64,000 bases of DNA, from NCBI GenBank assembly GCA_002503985.1, contig DASW01000006.1:30080-94079 (forward strand). Direction: 5' to 3'. Origin of the DNA: Thermoplasmata archaeon UBA61. GTDB taxonomy: Archaea > Thermoplasmatota > Thermoplasmata > Lutacidiplasmatales > UBA184. Under the pieces are notes generated by a model, which searched no databases, was not told where the DNA came from, and saw only the letters and a list, made by a program, of their open reading frames with translations. Numbering within the stretch: position 1 is the first letter of the stretch; each line of letters begins with the position of its first letter. The translations under genes and the position numbers were made by a program. Below, in pieces: positions 39,392-49,838 of the stretch.

Positions 39392-39793
39392 ATGCGGACC
39401 AAGCCGGTCGAGGGGGTGCTCCGCCTCGACGTGGTGGCCCTGGACCCCCGTCCGGCGGTCTACCTCGCCTACGACGGCCTCGCGGGCGTCAGCCAGCGCC
39501 CGATCCTCCGCGACCTCATCGAGGAGCTCGAGCGCAAGGGCCCCGAGGAGCTCGGGAAGTTCCTCGAGGCGCTGCGGCGCCGACGGTCCGGGATGGTCCA
39601 TGTCTACTTCTCCGACTACGTGAGCTACGGGATCGGCGGCGGGGACGCGGCGGCCGAGTTCTTCCTCGGCACGTTCCTCCTCCTCCACGAACCGGCCCGC
39701 CCGGCGGGAAAGGACCCGGCGATCCCCGAGCACCTCGCGCTCTTCCGCCCCGGAGGCGTCGAGCGCCTCGCGGTCGAGCCCACGGCCCGATAG
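39392..39793 (+). CDS. hypothetical protein
   Basis: GC3-rich codon pattern; TTCTTAA box ~27 nt upstream. Confidence 0.7.
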   Translation: MRTKPVEGVLRLDVVALDPRPAVYLAYDGLAGVSQRPILRDLIEELERKGPEELGKFLEALRRRRSGMVHVYFSDYVSYGIGGGDAAAEFFLGTFLLLHEPARPAGKDPAIPEHLALFRPGGVERLAVEPTAR

Positions 39794-39847
39794 GGCCCCT
39801 TTCGACACGAACCATTTTCTGCCCGGTCACGTCTCGCCCGTCGTCGG

Positions 39848-41326
39848 ATGGCCGAAGAGAACCGTCTCGAGCAGGACCGTAAGGCGAAGGTCGCCCGCTG
39901 GCGCGCGGAAGGTAAAGAACCCTATCCCTGGTCGTTCCCCGACCGCTCTCCTACCGAGCGGGTCCGCGAGGCGTGCCGGACCCTGAAGCCGGGCGAGGAG
40001 GCTCCCCCCGCCCCGCCCGTCCGTGTCGCGGGCCGGCTCATGGCGGTCCGCCAGCACGGCCGGACCGCGTTCGCCGACCTCGAGGACCTATCGGGGTCGC
40101 TCCAGCTCCTCCTGCGGGTCGACGAGCTCGGCGAGGGTCCGTACAATGGATGGCTCGCGGACCTCGACCCCGGGGACATCATCGGCGCCGAAGGGACCCC
40201 CATCGTCTCTCGCCGCGGCGAGCCCTCGCTCCTCGTCCGTTCCCTCACCTTGCTCGCGAAGGCGGTCCGACCGCCCCCCGAGAAGTTCCACGGGCTCCAG
40301 GACGTGGAGGAACGCCTGCGCCGACGCTATGTCGACCTCCTCTCCTCGTCGGAAGCGCGCGCCCGCTTCCGGACCCGCACGCTGCTCGTCCGGGAGATCC
40401 GCCGGTACTTTGACGACGCCGGCTTCCTCGAGGTCGAGACGCCGGTGCTCACGTCGGTCGCGGGCGGGGCCGCGGCCGCGCCGTTCGTCACCCGCTCGAA
40501 CTACCTCGACGCCGAGCTCCGTCTTCGGATCTCGATCGAGCTTCCGCTCAAGCGACTGCTCGTCGGGGGGCTCGAGCGGGTCTACGAGCTCTCGAAGGCG
40601 TTCCGCAACGAGGACCTGGACAGCATCCACTCGCCGGAGTTCACCGAGTTCGAGGCGTACTGGGCCTACGCGGACTATCACGACATGCGCCACCTCATGG
40701 AGGGGCTCTTCGAGCGGCTCGCCCACCGCACCCTCGAGCTGTGTCCCGGCGACAGCGTGGTCGAAGCCGCCGCGAAGCGGTTCCTTCCTCCGTTCCCCAC
40801 CGTCGATTTCGTGGACGCCCTCGAGGAACGGAGCGGCATCCCCGACCTGCTCTCCAAGAGTCGCGAAGAGCTGCGCGAGCTCGCCCGAGCCGTCGGCTCG
40901 ACCGTCCCCGACAACTCCTCGAACGGGACGTTCCTCGACAAGCTCTTCGAGCACTACGTGGAGCCGACGTTCGACCGGGTGACCTTCGTGGTCGACTACC
41001 CGGCGGCGACCACTCCCCTCGCGAAGCGCCATCGCTCGAAGCCCGGACGGGTGGAGCGGTTCGAAGTGTTCCACCCGGGGTTCGAGCTCGCGAACGCCTA
41101 CACCGAGCTCAACGACCCGGACGAACAGGAGGCCCGCTTCCGGTCCCAGCTCGGAGAACGGGGGGACGACCGATATGCGTTCGACGAGGACTACGTGAGC
41201 GCGCTCGGCTACGGGCTCCCGCCGTGCACCGGGGTCGGCTTCGGGGTCGACCGGGTCCTCATGGGGCTCCTCGGGATCCCGTCGATCAAAGAGGTCATTC
41301 TCTTTCCGCTGATCCGGTCCCGCTAG
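39848..41326 (+). CDS. lysS: lysine--tRNA ligase (class II)
   Basis: OB domain, EKFHGL, RRRYVDL, GGAAAAPF, FRNE...HSPEFT, ANAYTELND, GFGVDR. Confidence 0.95.
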   Translation: MAEENRLEQDRKAKVARWRAEGKEPYPWSFPDRSPTERVREACRTLKPGEEAPPAPPVRVAGRLMAVRQHGRTAFADLEDLSGSLQLLLRVDELGEGPYNGWLADLDPGDIIGAEGTPIVSRRGEPSLLVRSLTLLAKAVRPPPEKFHGLQDVEERLRRRYVDLLSSSEARARFRTRTLLVREIRRYFDDAGFLEVETPVLTSVAGGAAAAPFVTRSNYLDAELRLRISIELPLKRLLVGGLERVYELSKAFRNEDLDSIHSPEFTEFEAYWAYADYHDMRHLMEGLFERLAHRTLELCPGDSVVEAAAKRFLPPFPTVDFVDALEERSGIPDLLSKSREELRELARAVGSTVPDNSSNGTFLDKLFEHYVEPTFDRVTFVVDYPAATTPLAKRHRSKPGRVERFEVFHPGFELANAYTELNDPDEQEARFRSQLGERGDDRYAFDEDYVSALGYGLPPCTGVGFGVDRVLMGLLGIPSIKEVILFPLIRSR

Positions 41327-41375
41327 TTCTCCGACCCCATCGGAGTTATACCTAAAGCGAGCGGATGGAGATAGG

Positions 41376-42182
41376 ATGGCGACCGCCTACCCCGCGAGCA
41401 GCTCGGTCCCGCTCGCGCTCGAGGGGATCTCGGTCGCCTACGGGGAGCGGCCGGCGGTCCAGCAGCTCTCCCTCACCGTGCAGCCGGGGGAGATCTACGG
41501 TCTCCTCGGGTCGAACGGCGCGGGAAAGACCAGCACGATCAAGGCGATCGTCGGGCTCGTGCGCCCGGTCGCCGGCGAGATCCGGGTCTTCGGGCTCGAC
41601 GCGCTCCGCGATGGGCTCGCGACCAAGGCCCGGATCGGCTACGTTCCCGAGACCTCGATGCTCTACGAGGCGCTGACCCCCCGGGAGTTCCTCGAGTTCG
41701 TCGCGAGCGTGCGTCAGATGGACGCGGCGACGGCCACCCGGCGCATGCGCAGCTACGCGGAGGCGTTCCGGCTCGAGGCCGAGCTGGAGGAGCCGATCGC
41801 CACGCTCTCGAACGGCACCCGGCAGAAGGTACTGATCATCGCGGCGCTCCTGCACGCGCCGCCCCTGCTCGTTCTGGACGAACCGCTCAACAGTCTCGAC
41901 CCGCGGTCGGTCCGGATCATGAAGGACGTGCTCCTGCGCTACGTCGCGAGCGGGGGCCGCGGCGTGCTGTTCTCGACCCACACGATGGAGGTCGCCGAGC
42001 AGCTCTGCCAGCGGGTCGGGATCCTCGACCGAGGGGTGCTCCGGGGGGAGGGGAGCCTCGCCGCGCTTCGGGAGCGGGTCGCGGCGGGCGACGCCTCGCT
42101 CGAGGAGATCTTCCTGCGCCTCACGGAGGAGGATGTGGGGGTGCGGGCCGCGGTCGACTCCCTCGGCGACCCCTCGGTATGA
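41376..42182 (+). CDS. ABC transporter ATP-binding protein
   Basis: GSNGAGKT, LSNG, LDEP, STH. Confidence 0.93.
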   Translation: MATAYPASSSVPLALEGISVAYGERPAVQQLSLTVQPGEIYGLLGSNGAGKTSTIKAIVGLVRPVAGEIRVFGLDALRDGLATKARIGYVPETSMLYEALTPREFLEFVASVRQMDAATATRRMRSYAEAFRLEAELEEPIATLSNGTRQKVLIIAALLHAPPLLVLDEPLNSLDPRSVRIMKDVLLRYVASGGRGVLFSTHTMEVAEQLCQRVGILDRGVLRGEGSLAALRERVAAGDASLEEIFLRLTEEDVGVRAAVDSLGDPSV

Positions 42183-43843
42183 GCTGGAGGGAGGCCCTCC
42201 GCCTGAGCAACGTCGCGTTCACCGAGCTCTCGCTGCAGGCGGTCTATGCGTTCCGGCAGGGGAACGTCCTGCCGCCGGGCCGCTCGAAGAACCTCGTAGC
42301 CCGCTCGCGGCGTCTCGTCGTCCAGAGCAAGGTCGTCATCAGCGCGGTGCTCGCGCTGTTGACCCTGGGCGCCGCCGCCATCCTTCACCTGAAGGCGCAG
42401 AGCCCCCAGATCTTCTCCAGCATTCCGGCAGGGCTCTTCCAGAGCGCCATCCTGACGGGGCTCCTCAGCCTCGACATCGCTCTCCTGTGGTGGACCGGGG
42501 TCCAGGTGATCCCCACGCTGATCTCCTCGGGCGTCCTCCCCGTGCTCGAACCGCTCCCGATCGACCCCCGGACCTTCCGACGGGTCGCGGGCATCCTGTA
42601 CCTGCGCCTCTTCGACTTCCCCGCCCTCACGATCATCATCCTGACCCCCATCGCGGTCGGTATCGCCCTGGGGCCGCTCGCCGGGCTCGCGGCCCTGCCG
42701 GGCGCGGTCGTGGCGGTCATCTATGCGCTCGCCCTCTCGCTCCTGACCGGTCGGTTCTTCCTCCGCCGGGTCCAGGGTTCCCGTGGCGGTGGCGGCCGTA
42801 CGGTCGTCCGCTGGGCGTACCTGGTCCTCTGGCTCGTCCCGGCGTTCGCCATGTTCGGTTTCATCACCGCGGCACCGGCGTTCTTCCGTGCCCTGGGCGG
42901 GCTCGCCGTCCAGGGTCCGTCCGTCGGCAGTGGACTGCTCGTCGCGGCGTTCCCGTTCTCGTTCGCGGCGCTACCGGCAATCGTGGCGGGCGGACCCTCG
43001 TCGGTCGCGATCCTCTCTCCCACCCTCGACCTGGTGCTCGGGGTGGCCGCCGCGGCGTACCTGGCGCTGGCCGCCTGGTCGGTCGTCTGGCTGTCCCGTT
43101 CGGTCCGGACCCTTCTGTTCCTGCCGGTCCTCACCTCGGTGAGCCCCCCGGCAGCCACGTTCTCCCTTCGGCCGATGAGCCGCGCCCGGGCGGTGCTGGT
43201 GAAGGACCTTCGCATCGCCAGCCGGACCCCGGGCTACGCGTTCCTGATCCTCCTGCCGATCCTGGACGCCGGGGCGCTCGGGTTGCTCACGTACGCGACC
43301 CCGGCACAGAACCCGGTCGCCGCCTCGCTCGCCCTCGGCGCCGTCACCACCGCCGCGCTCCTCGCAACCTTCTTTGGCCCGGCGTTCTTCGCCATCGAAG
43401 TGATCGCGTATTCCTACGGTCGGAGCCTCCCGCTCTCCAACCGGTCGGTCATCCTCGGGAAGGTGGCGCTGATCGGTTCCATGTACCTCATCGCGGCGGC
43501 CCTCATCGTGGGGCTCACGCTCCTGCGCTTCTTCGAGCCGTTCACCTTCGTCGCGTTCGTCCTCGTGGAGCTGCCGGCGGTGCTCGGCGCGGCGCTCTTC
43601 GAGCTCGGGCTCCTCTTCCGCTGGGCCCGACGCCGCGGCCTCGCGATCACGAACCTGTACGCCGGGGCGTGGGTCGCGGTCCTCGTCTCCGTCCCCGGGC
43701 TCATCATGGCCGGGCTTCCCCCTCTCCTCTTTGACCTGGCCCGGTCGTCGGGTGTCGGCTTCGGCCTGGAGGTCATGACGCTCGTGGCGGTCGTGGAGCT
43801 CGCGATCTCGATGCCGGTCGCCTTTGGGAGGGGAGCCTCCTGA
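42179..43843 (+). CDS. ABC-2 type permease
   Basis: Many TMs, LEPLP and KDLR motifs; ATGA-coupled to the ATPase. Confidence 0.82.
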   Translation: MSWREALRLSNVAFTELSLQAVYAFRQGNVLPPGRSKNLVARSRRLVVQSKVVISAVLALLTLGAAAILHLKAQSPQIFSSIPAGLFQSAILTGLLSLDIALLWWTGVQVIPTLISSGVLPVLEPLPIDPRTFRRVAGILYLRLFDFPALTIIILTPIAVGIALGPLAGLAALPGAVVAVIYALALSLLTGRFFLRRVQGSRGGGGRTVVRWAYLVLWLVPAFAMFGFITAAPAFFRALGGLAVQGPSVGSGLLVAAFPFSFAALPAIVAGGPSSVAILSPTLDLVLGVAAAAYLALAAWSVVWLSRSVRTLLFLPVLTSVSPPAATFSLRPMSRARAVLVKDLRIASRTPGYAFLILLPILDAGALGLLTYATPAQNPVAASLALGAVTTAALLATFFGPAFFAIEVIAYSYGRSLPLSNRSVILGKVALIGSMYLIAAALIVGLTLLRFFEPFTFVAFVLVELPAVLGAALFELGLLFRWARRRGLAITNLYAGAWVAVLVSVPGLIMAGLPPLLFDLARSSGVGFGLEVMTLVAVVELAISMPVAFGRGAS

Positions 43844-46527
43844 GCGCGCCGACGCTGCCCCCGCGCTTCGACCCGAAGGAGATCGAGGCGCGTTGGCAGA
43901 AGGAGTGGGACGAACGGGAGGTCGCTCGCGGTCCCGAGCGGCCCAAGGGCCCGACCTACTCGATCGTCCTTCCCCCGCCCAACGTCACCGGCGCTCTCAC
44001 CATCGGTCACATGCTGGGCGACACGGTGATGGACATCCTGATCCGCCACCATCGGATGCGCGGCGACGCCACGCTCTGGGTCCCGGGCCTCGACCACGCC
44101 GGTCTCGCGACCCAGGTGGAGGTGCGCCGTCGCCTGCAGAAGCAGGGGGTCCGGTTCGAGGAGCTCCCGCGCGAGCAGGCCCTCCACGAAATCGGGCTCT
44201 GGAAGGAAGAGCACGAGAACCGGATCCGGGAGCAGACCCGCGCCGGCGGCTTCTCCATCGACTGGACCCGCTATCGGTACACCATGGACGCGGGGAGCGT
44301 CCGCGCGACCCGCGAGGTGTTCGTCCGCCTCCACACGGACGGCCTCGTCTACCGCGGCGAACGCATGGTCAACTGGGACCCGAAGCTCCGAACGGCCATC
44401 AGCGACCTCGAGGTCGTCCGAACCGAGGAGGACGGGTCGCTTGACTACCTACGCTACCTCTGGGCCGACGGCAGCCCCGGTGGGCTCGAGGTCGCGACGG
44501 TCCGGGTGGAGACGATCTTCGGCGATGTGGCGGTCGCCGTCCACCCGGACGACGAGCGGTATCGCTCCTTGATCGGCCGGGAGGTCATCGTCCCGCTCAC
44601 CGACCGCAAGGTCCCGATCATCACGGACAGCGCGATCGACCCCGCGTTCGGCGCCGGCGCTCTCAAGGTGACCCCCCGACACGACCTCGTCGATTACGAG
44701 GTCTTCCTCCGGCATCCGGGCCTCTCGATGCCCCCCGACATCCTGGACGAGTCGGGTCGGCTCGCGGGCGATTGGGTCCCCGCCGAGTACCGGGGCATGG
44801 ACCGGGACGACGCCCGCGCGAAGGTGCTGGAGGCGCTCGAACGGGCCGGCCTCCTGCTCCGACGCCAGCCGTACCGTCACTCCGTCGCGCGGTCCGAGCG
44901 GTCCGAGGCCGTGATCGAACCGCGGCTCTCCGTCCAGTGGTTCGTCCGGATGCGGTCCCTGGCCGCGCCTGTGGTGGAGGCGGTCCGGCGGGGCGAGATC
45001 CACATCCACCCGGCCCGCTGGGAGCGCTCCTTCTACCGCTGGATGGAGGAGATCCAGGACTGGTGCATCTCCCGGCAGCTCCTGTGGGGGCACGCCATCC
45101 CCGTGTACCACTGTCGGGCGTGCCAACGCGAGATCGTAGCGGTGGACGCTCCGAGCGTGTGCGACCGGTGCGGTTCCTTGAACCTGTCGGCGGACCCGGA
45201 CGTGCTCGACACGTGGTTCACGTCGTGGCTCTGGCCGTTCCTCGCCCTCGGCTGGCCCGAGCGGACCGCCGACCTCGACCACTACTACCCGACGAACGTC
45301 CTCGTCACCGGCCGGGACATCATGTTCTTCTGGGTCGCCCGGATGATGATGGCCGGCTACTACTTCCGCAACGCCCGGCCGTTCTCGGACGTCTACTTCA
45401 CCGGCATGATCCGGGACGAACAGGGTCGACGCATGTCGAAGCACCTCGGGAACTCCCCCGACCCGCTCGACCTCGTTCGCGAGCGCGGCGCGGACGCGCT
45501 CCGCTTCGCGCTCGTCTTCCCGAACCCGACCGACGAGGACGGCCCGTTCGGCTCCGCCGCCCTGGACGGAGGGCGGAACTTCCTCACGAAGGTCTGGAAC
45601 CTCGTTCGGTTCAGCTTGGCGTTCGTCCCCCCGGGGACGCTCCCCCCGGCGGGCCCGCCGACCCTGTCCGCCTCGAGCGCGCTCGAGAACCGCTGGGTGC
45701 TCTCCCGGTACCGCCACGCCGTGGAGGAGGTCGACCGCGCGCTCGCGGAGTTCCGACCCACGCAGGCCGCCACGGCGCTCTACGACTTCCTCTGGCACGA
45801 CCTCGCGGACCGCTACGTGGAGATCGCGAAGGAGGCGCTCCTCGGCCGCCGCGGAGAGCCCGCCCAGCGGGAGGCCCGCGCCACGCTCCTCTTCGTCGTG
45901 GAACGCTCGCTCCGCCTCCTCCACCCGTTCGTTCCCCACGTCACCGAGGAGCTCTGGCACGCCCTTCCGCACCCGGACGCCCTTCTCGCGACCTCCGCCT
46001 GGCCTCGCGCGGACGAGGCCCCCTCCGACCCGGTCGCCGAGCTCGAGATGGAACCCGTCCTGGAGACCGTCCGCCTCCTCCGAAACCTGCGTTCCGAGGA
46101 GAAGGTCCTGCTCGAGGCGACCCCGAAGGCCTGGGTCCGCCCGAACGGCCCCGAGGCCGCGAGGATCCTCGCCGCCGAGCGGGGCACGGTGGAACGCCTC
46201 GTCCGCCTCCGGTCGCTCGAGCTCCTCGGTGAAGCGGAACAGGTTCCGGCCGGGACGGGACGCCGGGTCGCGGCGTTCGGGGAATGCTTCCTCGAACGAC
46301 CGGTCGCTTCGGGAGCCACGGCGGTGGCTCTCCTCAAGGAGCGGGAGAAGCTCCACGCTCTTCTCGAGAAGACCCGGGCCCGCCTCGCCGACCCCGGGTT
46401 CCGGGACCGGGCGCCGCCCGAGGTCGTTCGGGAAGCCGAGGGCAAGGCGACGGAGCTCGCGGAGCGGGTCCGGCGTATCGACGAGCATTTGAAGGAGGAC
46501 GGTGCGTCGTCCGGGACACCTCCATGA
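43840..46527 (+). CDS. valS: valine--tRNA ligase (CTG start inferred)
   Basis: PPPNVTGALTIGH lies upstream of the first ATG (44011); DHAG, WCISRQ, DTWF, RMSKHLGN, C-terminal coiled coil. Confidence 0.95.
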   Translation: MSAPTLPPRFDPKEIEARWQKEWDEREVARGPERPKGPTYSIVLPPPNVTGALTIGHMLGDTVMDILIRHHRMRGDATLWVPGLDHAGLATQVEVRRRLQKQGVRFEELPREQALHEIGLWKEEHENRIREQTRAGGFSIDWTRYRYTMDAGSVRATREVFVRLHTDGLVYRGERMVNWDPKLRTAISDLEVVRTEEDGSLDYLRYLWADGSPGGLEVATVRVETIFGDVAVAVHPDDERYRSLIGREVIVPLTDRKVPIITDSAIDPAFGAGALKVTPRHDLVDYEVFLRHPGLSMPPDILDESGRLAGDWVPAEYRGMDRDDARAKVLEALERAGLLLRRQPYRHSVARSERSEAVIEPRLSVQWFVRMRSLAAPVVEAVRRGEIHIHPARWERSFYRWMEEIQDWCISRQLLWGHAIPVYHCRACQREIVAVDAPSVCDRCGSLNLSADPDVLDTWFTSWLWPFLALGWPERTADLDHYYPTNVLVTGRDIMFFWVARMMMAGYYFRNARPFSDVYFTGMIRDEQGRRMSKHLGNSPDPLDLVRERGADALRFALVFPNPTDEDGPFGSAALDGGRNFLTKVWNLVRFSLAFVPPGTLPPAGPPTLSASSALENRWVLSRYRHAVEEVDRALAEFRPTQAATALYDFLWHDLADRYVEIAKEALLGRRGEPAQREARATLLFVVERSLRLLHPFVPHVTEELWHALPHPDALLATSAWPRADEAPSDPVAELEMEPVLETVRLLRNLRSEEKVLLEATPKAWVRPNGPEAARILAAERGTVERLVRLRSLELLGEAEQVPAGTGRRVAAFGECFLERPVASGATAVALLKEREKLHALLEKTRARLADPGFRDRAPPEVVREAEGKATELAERVRRIDEHLKEDGASSGTPP

Positions 46528-47528
46528 AGCCTCCCTCGCGCCCGTCGAAGGCGAGCCCGAAGAAGAAGCGCTCCGCCGTCGGTCCGAAGTCCCCGTTGCC
46601 CGTCAAGATCGAGATGGTCAAGCTCTCCGGCGGGGCCCGGCCCCATCCGGCGCTCGGCCTTGGCCTGTGGGCGTCCGGCCGCTGGACCAACGAGGACGAG
46701 GCGCGCACGAAGGCGACCATCGGACGCGCGTACGAGCGCGGGATGCGATGGTTCGACACCGCCGAGGTCTACGGGAACGGCCGCTCCGAACGCGTGCTCG
46801 GGGAGGTGCTCGCGCGGGCCCCGGGCACCGCTCCGGATGCCTACGTGGTCACCAAGGTCTCCTGGGAACACCTTCGAGCGAACCAGGTGCGGGCAAGCCT
46901 GATCGGCAGCCTGGAGAGGTTGGCCCGACGCTCGGCCGACCTCTACCTTGTCCACGCCCCCGACGCCCACGTCCCCCTGTCCGAGACGATGGGCGCCCTC
47001 GAGGCGCTCTGGAAGGAAGGGAAGGTGGGCGCGATCGGCGTTTCCAACTTCTCGGTCGAGGAGCTCGAGGAGGCCGCTCGGCACCTTTCCGAGGCGAAGA
47101 TCGTGGTGAACCAGCTTCGCTACAACCTGTTCCTTCGGGATGACGTGGACCCCGTGCGGGAGTACTGCCGGGCGCACAACATCCTCATCGAGGCGTACAC
47201 CCCGCTCGCCCGGGGCCTCCTGCACGGACGCTACCTGGACGGCACGAAGGTCCCGAAGGAGGTGCGCCAGTTCGCGAACCGACTGTTCGAGCCCGACATG
47301 CTCCCCCAGATCCTCGCACGGGGTCGCGCGCTCCGAGACCTCGCGAACGACGCGGGCGTTCCTCTTGCCTCGATCGGGCTCCACTGGCTGCGGAAGATGG
47401 GCACCGTCCCGGTCTTCGGCGCGAGCCGGCCGGAGCAAATCGATTCCAACCTGGCCGCGTGGGCGGTCCGTCCTCCCGACCGCGTCCTCGATCGGGCCGA
47501 CCGCATCGCGCGGGGGGATCGTGCTTAG
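46524..47528 (+). CDS. aldo/keto reductase
   Basis: DTAEVYG, DLYLVH, IGVSNF, YTPLARG. Confidence 0.9.
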   Translation: MKPPSRPSKASPKKKRSAVGPKSPLPVKIEMVKLSGGARPHPALGLGLWASGRWTNEDEARTKATIGRAYERGMRWFDTAEVYGNGRSERVLGEVLARAPGTAPDAYVVTKVSWEHLRANQVRASLIGSLERLARRSADLYLVHAPDAHVPLSETMGALEALWKEGKVGAIGVSNFSVEELEEAARHLSEAKIVVNQLRYNLFLRDDVDPVREYCRAHNILIEAYTPLARGLLHGRYLDGTKVPKEVRQFANRLFEPDMLPQILARGRALRDLANDAGVPLASIGLHWLRKMGTVPVFGASRPEQIDSNLAAWAVRPPDRVLDRADRIARGDRA

Positions 47529-48180
47529 GCTCGTCGCGCTCGACATGGACGGGACGCTCGTCGACGTGGCGAGCTCCTGGCGGGTCATCCACGACCATTT
47601 CGACGACCACAACGACGAGGGGCTTCGCCGCTTTCTCGCGAACCAGATCGACGACGAGGAGTTCATCCGCATGGACATCCGCGTCTGGTGGCGCCACGCC
47701 CCCCAGCTCACGGTCGACGACCTCGAGCGGATCCTGGCGCCGGTCCCGCTCATGCCCGGGGCCGCCGAGCTCATCGATGGTCTCCACGCCCTGGGCGCGC
47801 GCACGGCGATCGTGAGCGGGGGCCTCGACCTCCTCGCTCGGCGCGTCGCGCGAGAGCTCGGGATCGAGGTCGCGCTCGCGAACGGCGTCCGGGTCGACGC
47901 CGAGGGTCGTCTCACGGGCGAGGGGATCGTACGGGTCCCGATCCACGGGAAGGAGGGCGTTCTCGCCCAGCTCCAGCGTCAGCTCGAGGTTTCGCCTGAC
48001 GAGACGGCGTCCGTTGGGAACTCCGAGATCGACGTAGGCCTCTTCCGCCGCAGCCGGGTCGGCGTCGCGTTCCGGCCCGAGGACGACACGGTTAGGAACG
48101 CCGCGACCGCGGTCGTCACCGAGCGGAACCTCGCCCTCGTCCTGGACGCGCTCGGCGAGTTCCGCCGGGCCTCCCCGTGA
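47521..48180 (+). CDS. HAD family phosphatase (phosphoserine phosphatase-like)
   Basis: DMDGTL, VSGG, K, GNSEID. Confidence 0.85.
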   Translation: MLRLVALDMDGTLVDVASSWRVIHDHFDDHNDEGLRRFLANQIDDEEFIRMDIRVWWRHAPQLTVDDLERILAPVPLMPGAAELIDGLHALGARTAIVSGGLDLLARRVARELGIEVALANGVRVDAEGRLTGEGIVRVPIHGKEGVLAQLQRQLEVSPDETASVGNSEIDVGLFRRSRVGVAFRPEDDTVRNAATAVVTERNLALVLDALGEFRRASP

Positions 48181-48223
48181 CCGGATAGCCTTTTACCCCG
48201 CCTCTCGGTCCCCGGCCCCTCCG

Positions 48224-48841
48224 ATGGAGTCGTATCAGGCCCTCCTCGCCCGCGCGCACGAGAAGCTCCCGCCCATCCGCACCGGCGGCGAGCGCTTCCA
48301 GGTCCCCGATCCGGACGTGATGACCGACGGGAAGAACACGGTCATCCGCAACCTCCAGGACATCACGGGGGTCCTTCGGCGCGAGCCCGCGCACGTCATC
48401 GGGTTCCTCGCGAAGGAGTTCGGCTGCCCGGGCGTCCTCGACCTTCCGCGCGGGGTCCTGAAGTCGCGCCTTACGAAGGACCAGATCGCCGGGCGGATGC
48501 GCGATTACACCGTGAAGTACGTGATCTGCTCGGAGTGCAAGCGGCCCGACACCCACCTCCAGAAGGAAGGTCGGTTCACGCTCCTCATCTGCGAGGCGTG
48601 CGGTGCCCAGCGCCCGGTCACCGTCCGCAAGGTGGTCACGCCCGAGAAGCCGAAGACGCCGGTCGTGGTCGGCGAGGTCTATCGCCTCACGATCGAGGAC
48701 GTCGGCCGCCGCGGGGACGGCGTCGCGAAGAAGGAAGGGTTCGTGATCTTCGTGACGGGGGCGAACCAGCGCGGGACGACGGTCAACGCGAAGGTGACGA
48801 AGGTCCTCGGCAACAACGCGTACGCCGTCGTCGAACCGTAG
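48224..48841 (+). CDS. translation initiation factor aIF-2 beta with C-terminal TRAM domain
   Basis: ERFQVP, YVICSECKRPDT, CEACGA, then GDGVAKKEGFVIFV. Confidence 0.95.
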   Translation: MESYQALLARAHEKLPPIRTGGERFQVPDPDVMTDGKNTVIRNLQDITGVLRREPAHVIGFLAKEFGCPGVLDLPRGVLKSRLTKDQIAGRMRDYTVKYVICSECKRPDTHLQKEGRFTLLICEACGAQRPVTVRKVVTPEKPKTPVVVGEVYRLTIEDVGRRGDGVAKKEGFVIFVTGANQRGTTVNAKVTKVLGNNAYAVVEP

Positions 48842-48847
48842 CGGACC

Positions 48848-49816
48848 ATGCGGAGCCTCCGCTGGATGGGCCTCCTCGGCCTCTACATAGGGGCCCAGAT
48901 CGTCGGGCTCGCGCTCTCCGAACCGTTCCGGTCGGAGGGGTTCACCTCGTCGTCCAACCCCCAGAGCCCGACCGCGCCGCTCCTGATCATCGCGGTCATC
49001 ATCATCGCGCCGCTCTTCATCCTCTTCTTCTCTCGACAGCGGGGCGGGCTACCCACCCTGCGCCACTTCATCCTGCTCGCGATCGCGGGCTCGCTCTACT
49101 TCACCCTCTACGCGACGTTCTCGATCTTCCCGCCGGGGGTCATCCTGCCGCCGCCCTACGCGGCCGAGTACGTCCTCGACCCCGCGCTCACCCTCGCCGC
49201 CATCGTGAGCGCCGGGCTCTACTTCGCGCTCCTGGTCGAGCCCCAGTGGTACGTCGTGGACCTCGCGGGGTTCCTCGCTGCGGGCTCGCTGATCGCGATC
49301 CTCGGGATCTCGTTCGGGATCCTGCCGGCGTTCATCCTGCTGCTGGCCCTGATGGTGTACGACGCGATCGCGGTCTATCGGACGAAGCACATGGTATCGC
49401 TCGCCGACGCGGTGGTCGACATGCACCTGCCCATCCTCATGGTCATGCCCGACTCCCCCGGGTACGACTACACGCGGGCGCCGACGCTCGCCGAGCAGCG
49501 GGGGCAGCCGACCGAGGAGCGCGCCGCGCTGTTCATGGGCCTCGGGGACGTGGTCATCCCCGGGACGCTCATCGTCTCCGCGTTCATCTGGCTCCCCACG
49601 ACCCCCGTCTTCCTGACCGTGGGCGCGAACCTCTGGGGCGCGATTGGCGCCCTCGTCGGCTCCCTCGTAGGGTATGGGGTCCTGATGCGCCTCGTCCTCC
49701 GGGGGAACCCCCAGGCCGGGCTTCCGCTCCTCAACGGCGGCGCGCTCGTCGGCTACGCCGTGGTCTACGTCCTCCTGTTCCACTCGTTTACGCTCGGCCT
49801 GACCGGGGGGCTTTAA
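48848..49816 (+). CDS. presenilin-like intramembrane aspartyl protease (A22/PSH)
   Basis: VYDAIAVY, GLGD, QAGLPLL. Confidence 0.9.
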   Translation: MRSLRWMGLLGLYIGAQIVGLALSEPFRSEGFTSSSNPQSPTAPLLIIAVIIIAPLFILFFSRQRGGLPTLRHFILLAIAGSLYFTLYATFSIFPPGVILPPPYAAEYVLDPALTLAAIVSAGLYFALLVEPQWYVVDLAGFLAAGSLIAILGISFGILPAFILLLALMVYDAIAVYRTKHMVSLADAVVDMHLPILMVMPDSPGYDYTRAPTLAEQRGQPTEERAALFMGLGDVVIPGTLIVSAFIWLPTTPVFLTVGANLWGAIGALVGSLVGYGVLMRLVLRGNPQAGLPLLNGGALVGYAVVYVLLFHSFTLGLTGGL

Positions 49817-49838
49817 CCCCCCGGGACTCCCCCGGGCC

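Noticed and set aside
464..47915. Many long antisense or alternate-frame ORFs (e.g. 464-1687, 7015-8586, 20690-22126, 37784-39808, 44449-46488, 45813-47915)
   Set aside because: Shadow ORFs typical of high-GC DNA; they overlap well-supported genes and lack family motifs.
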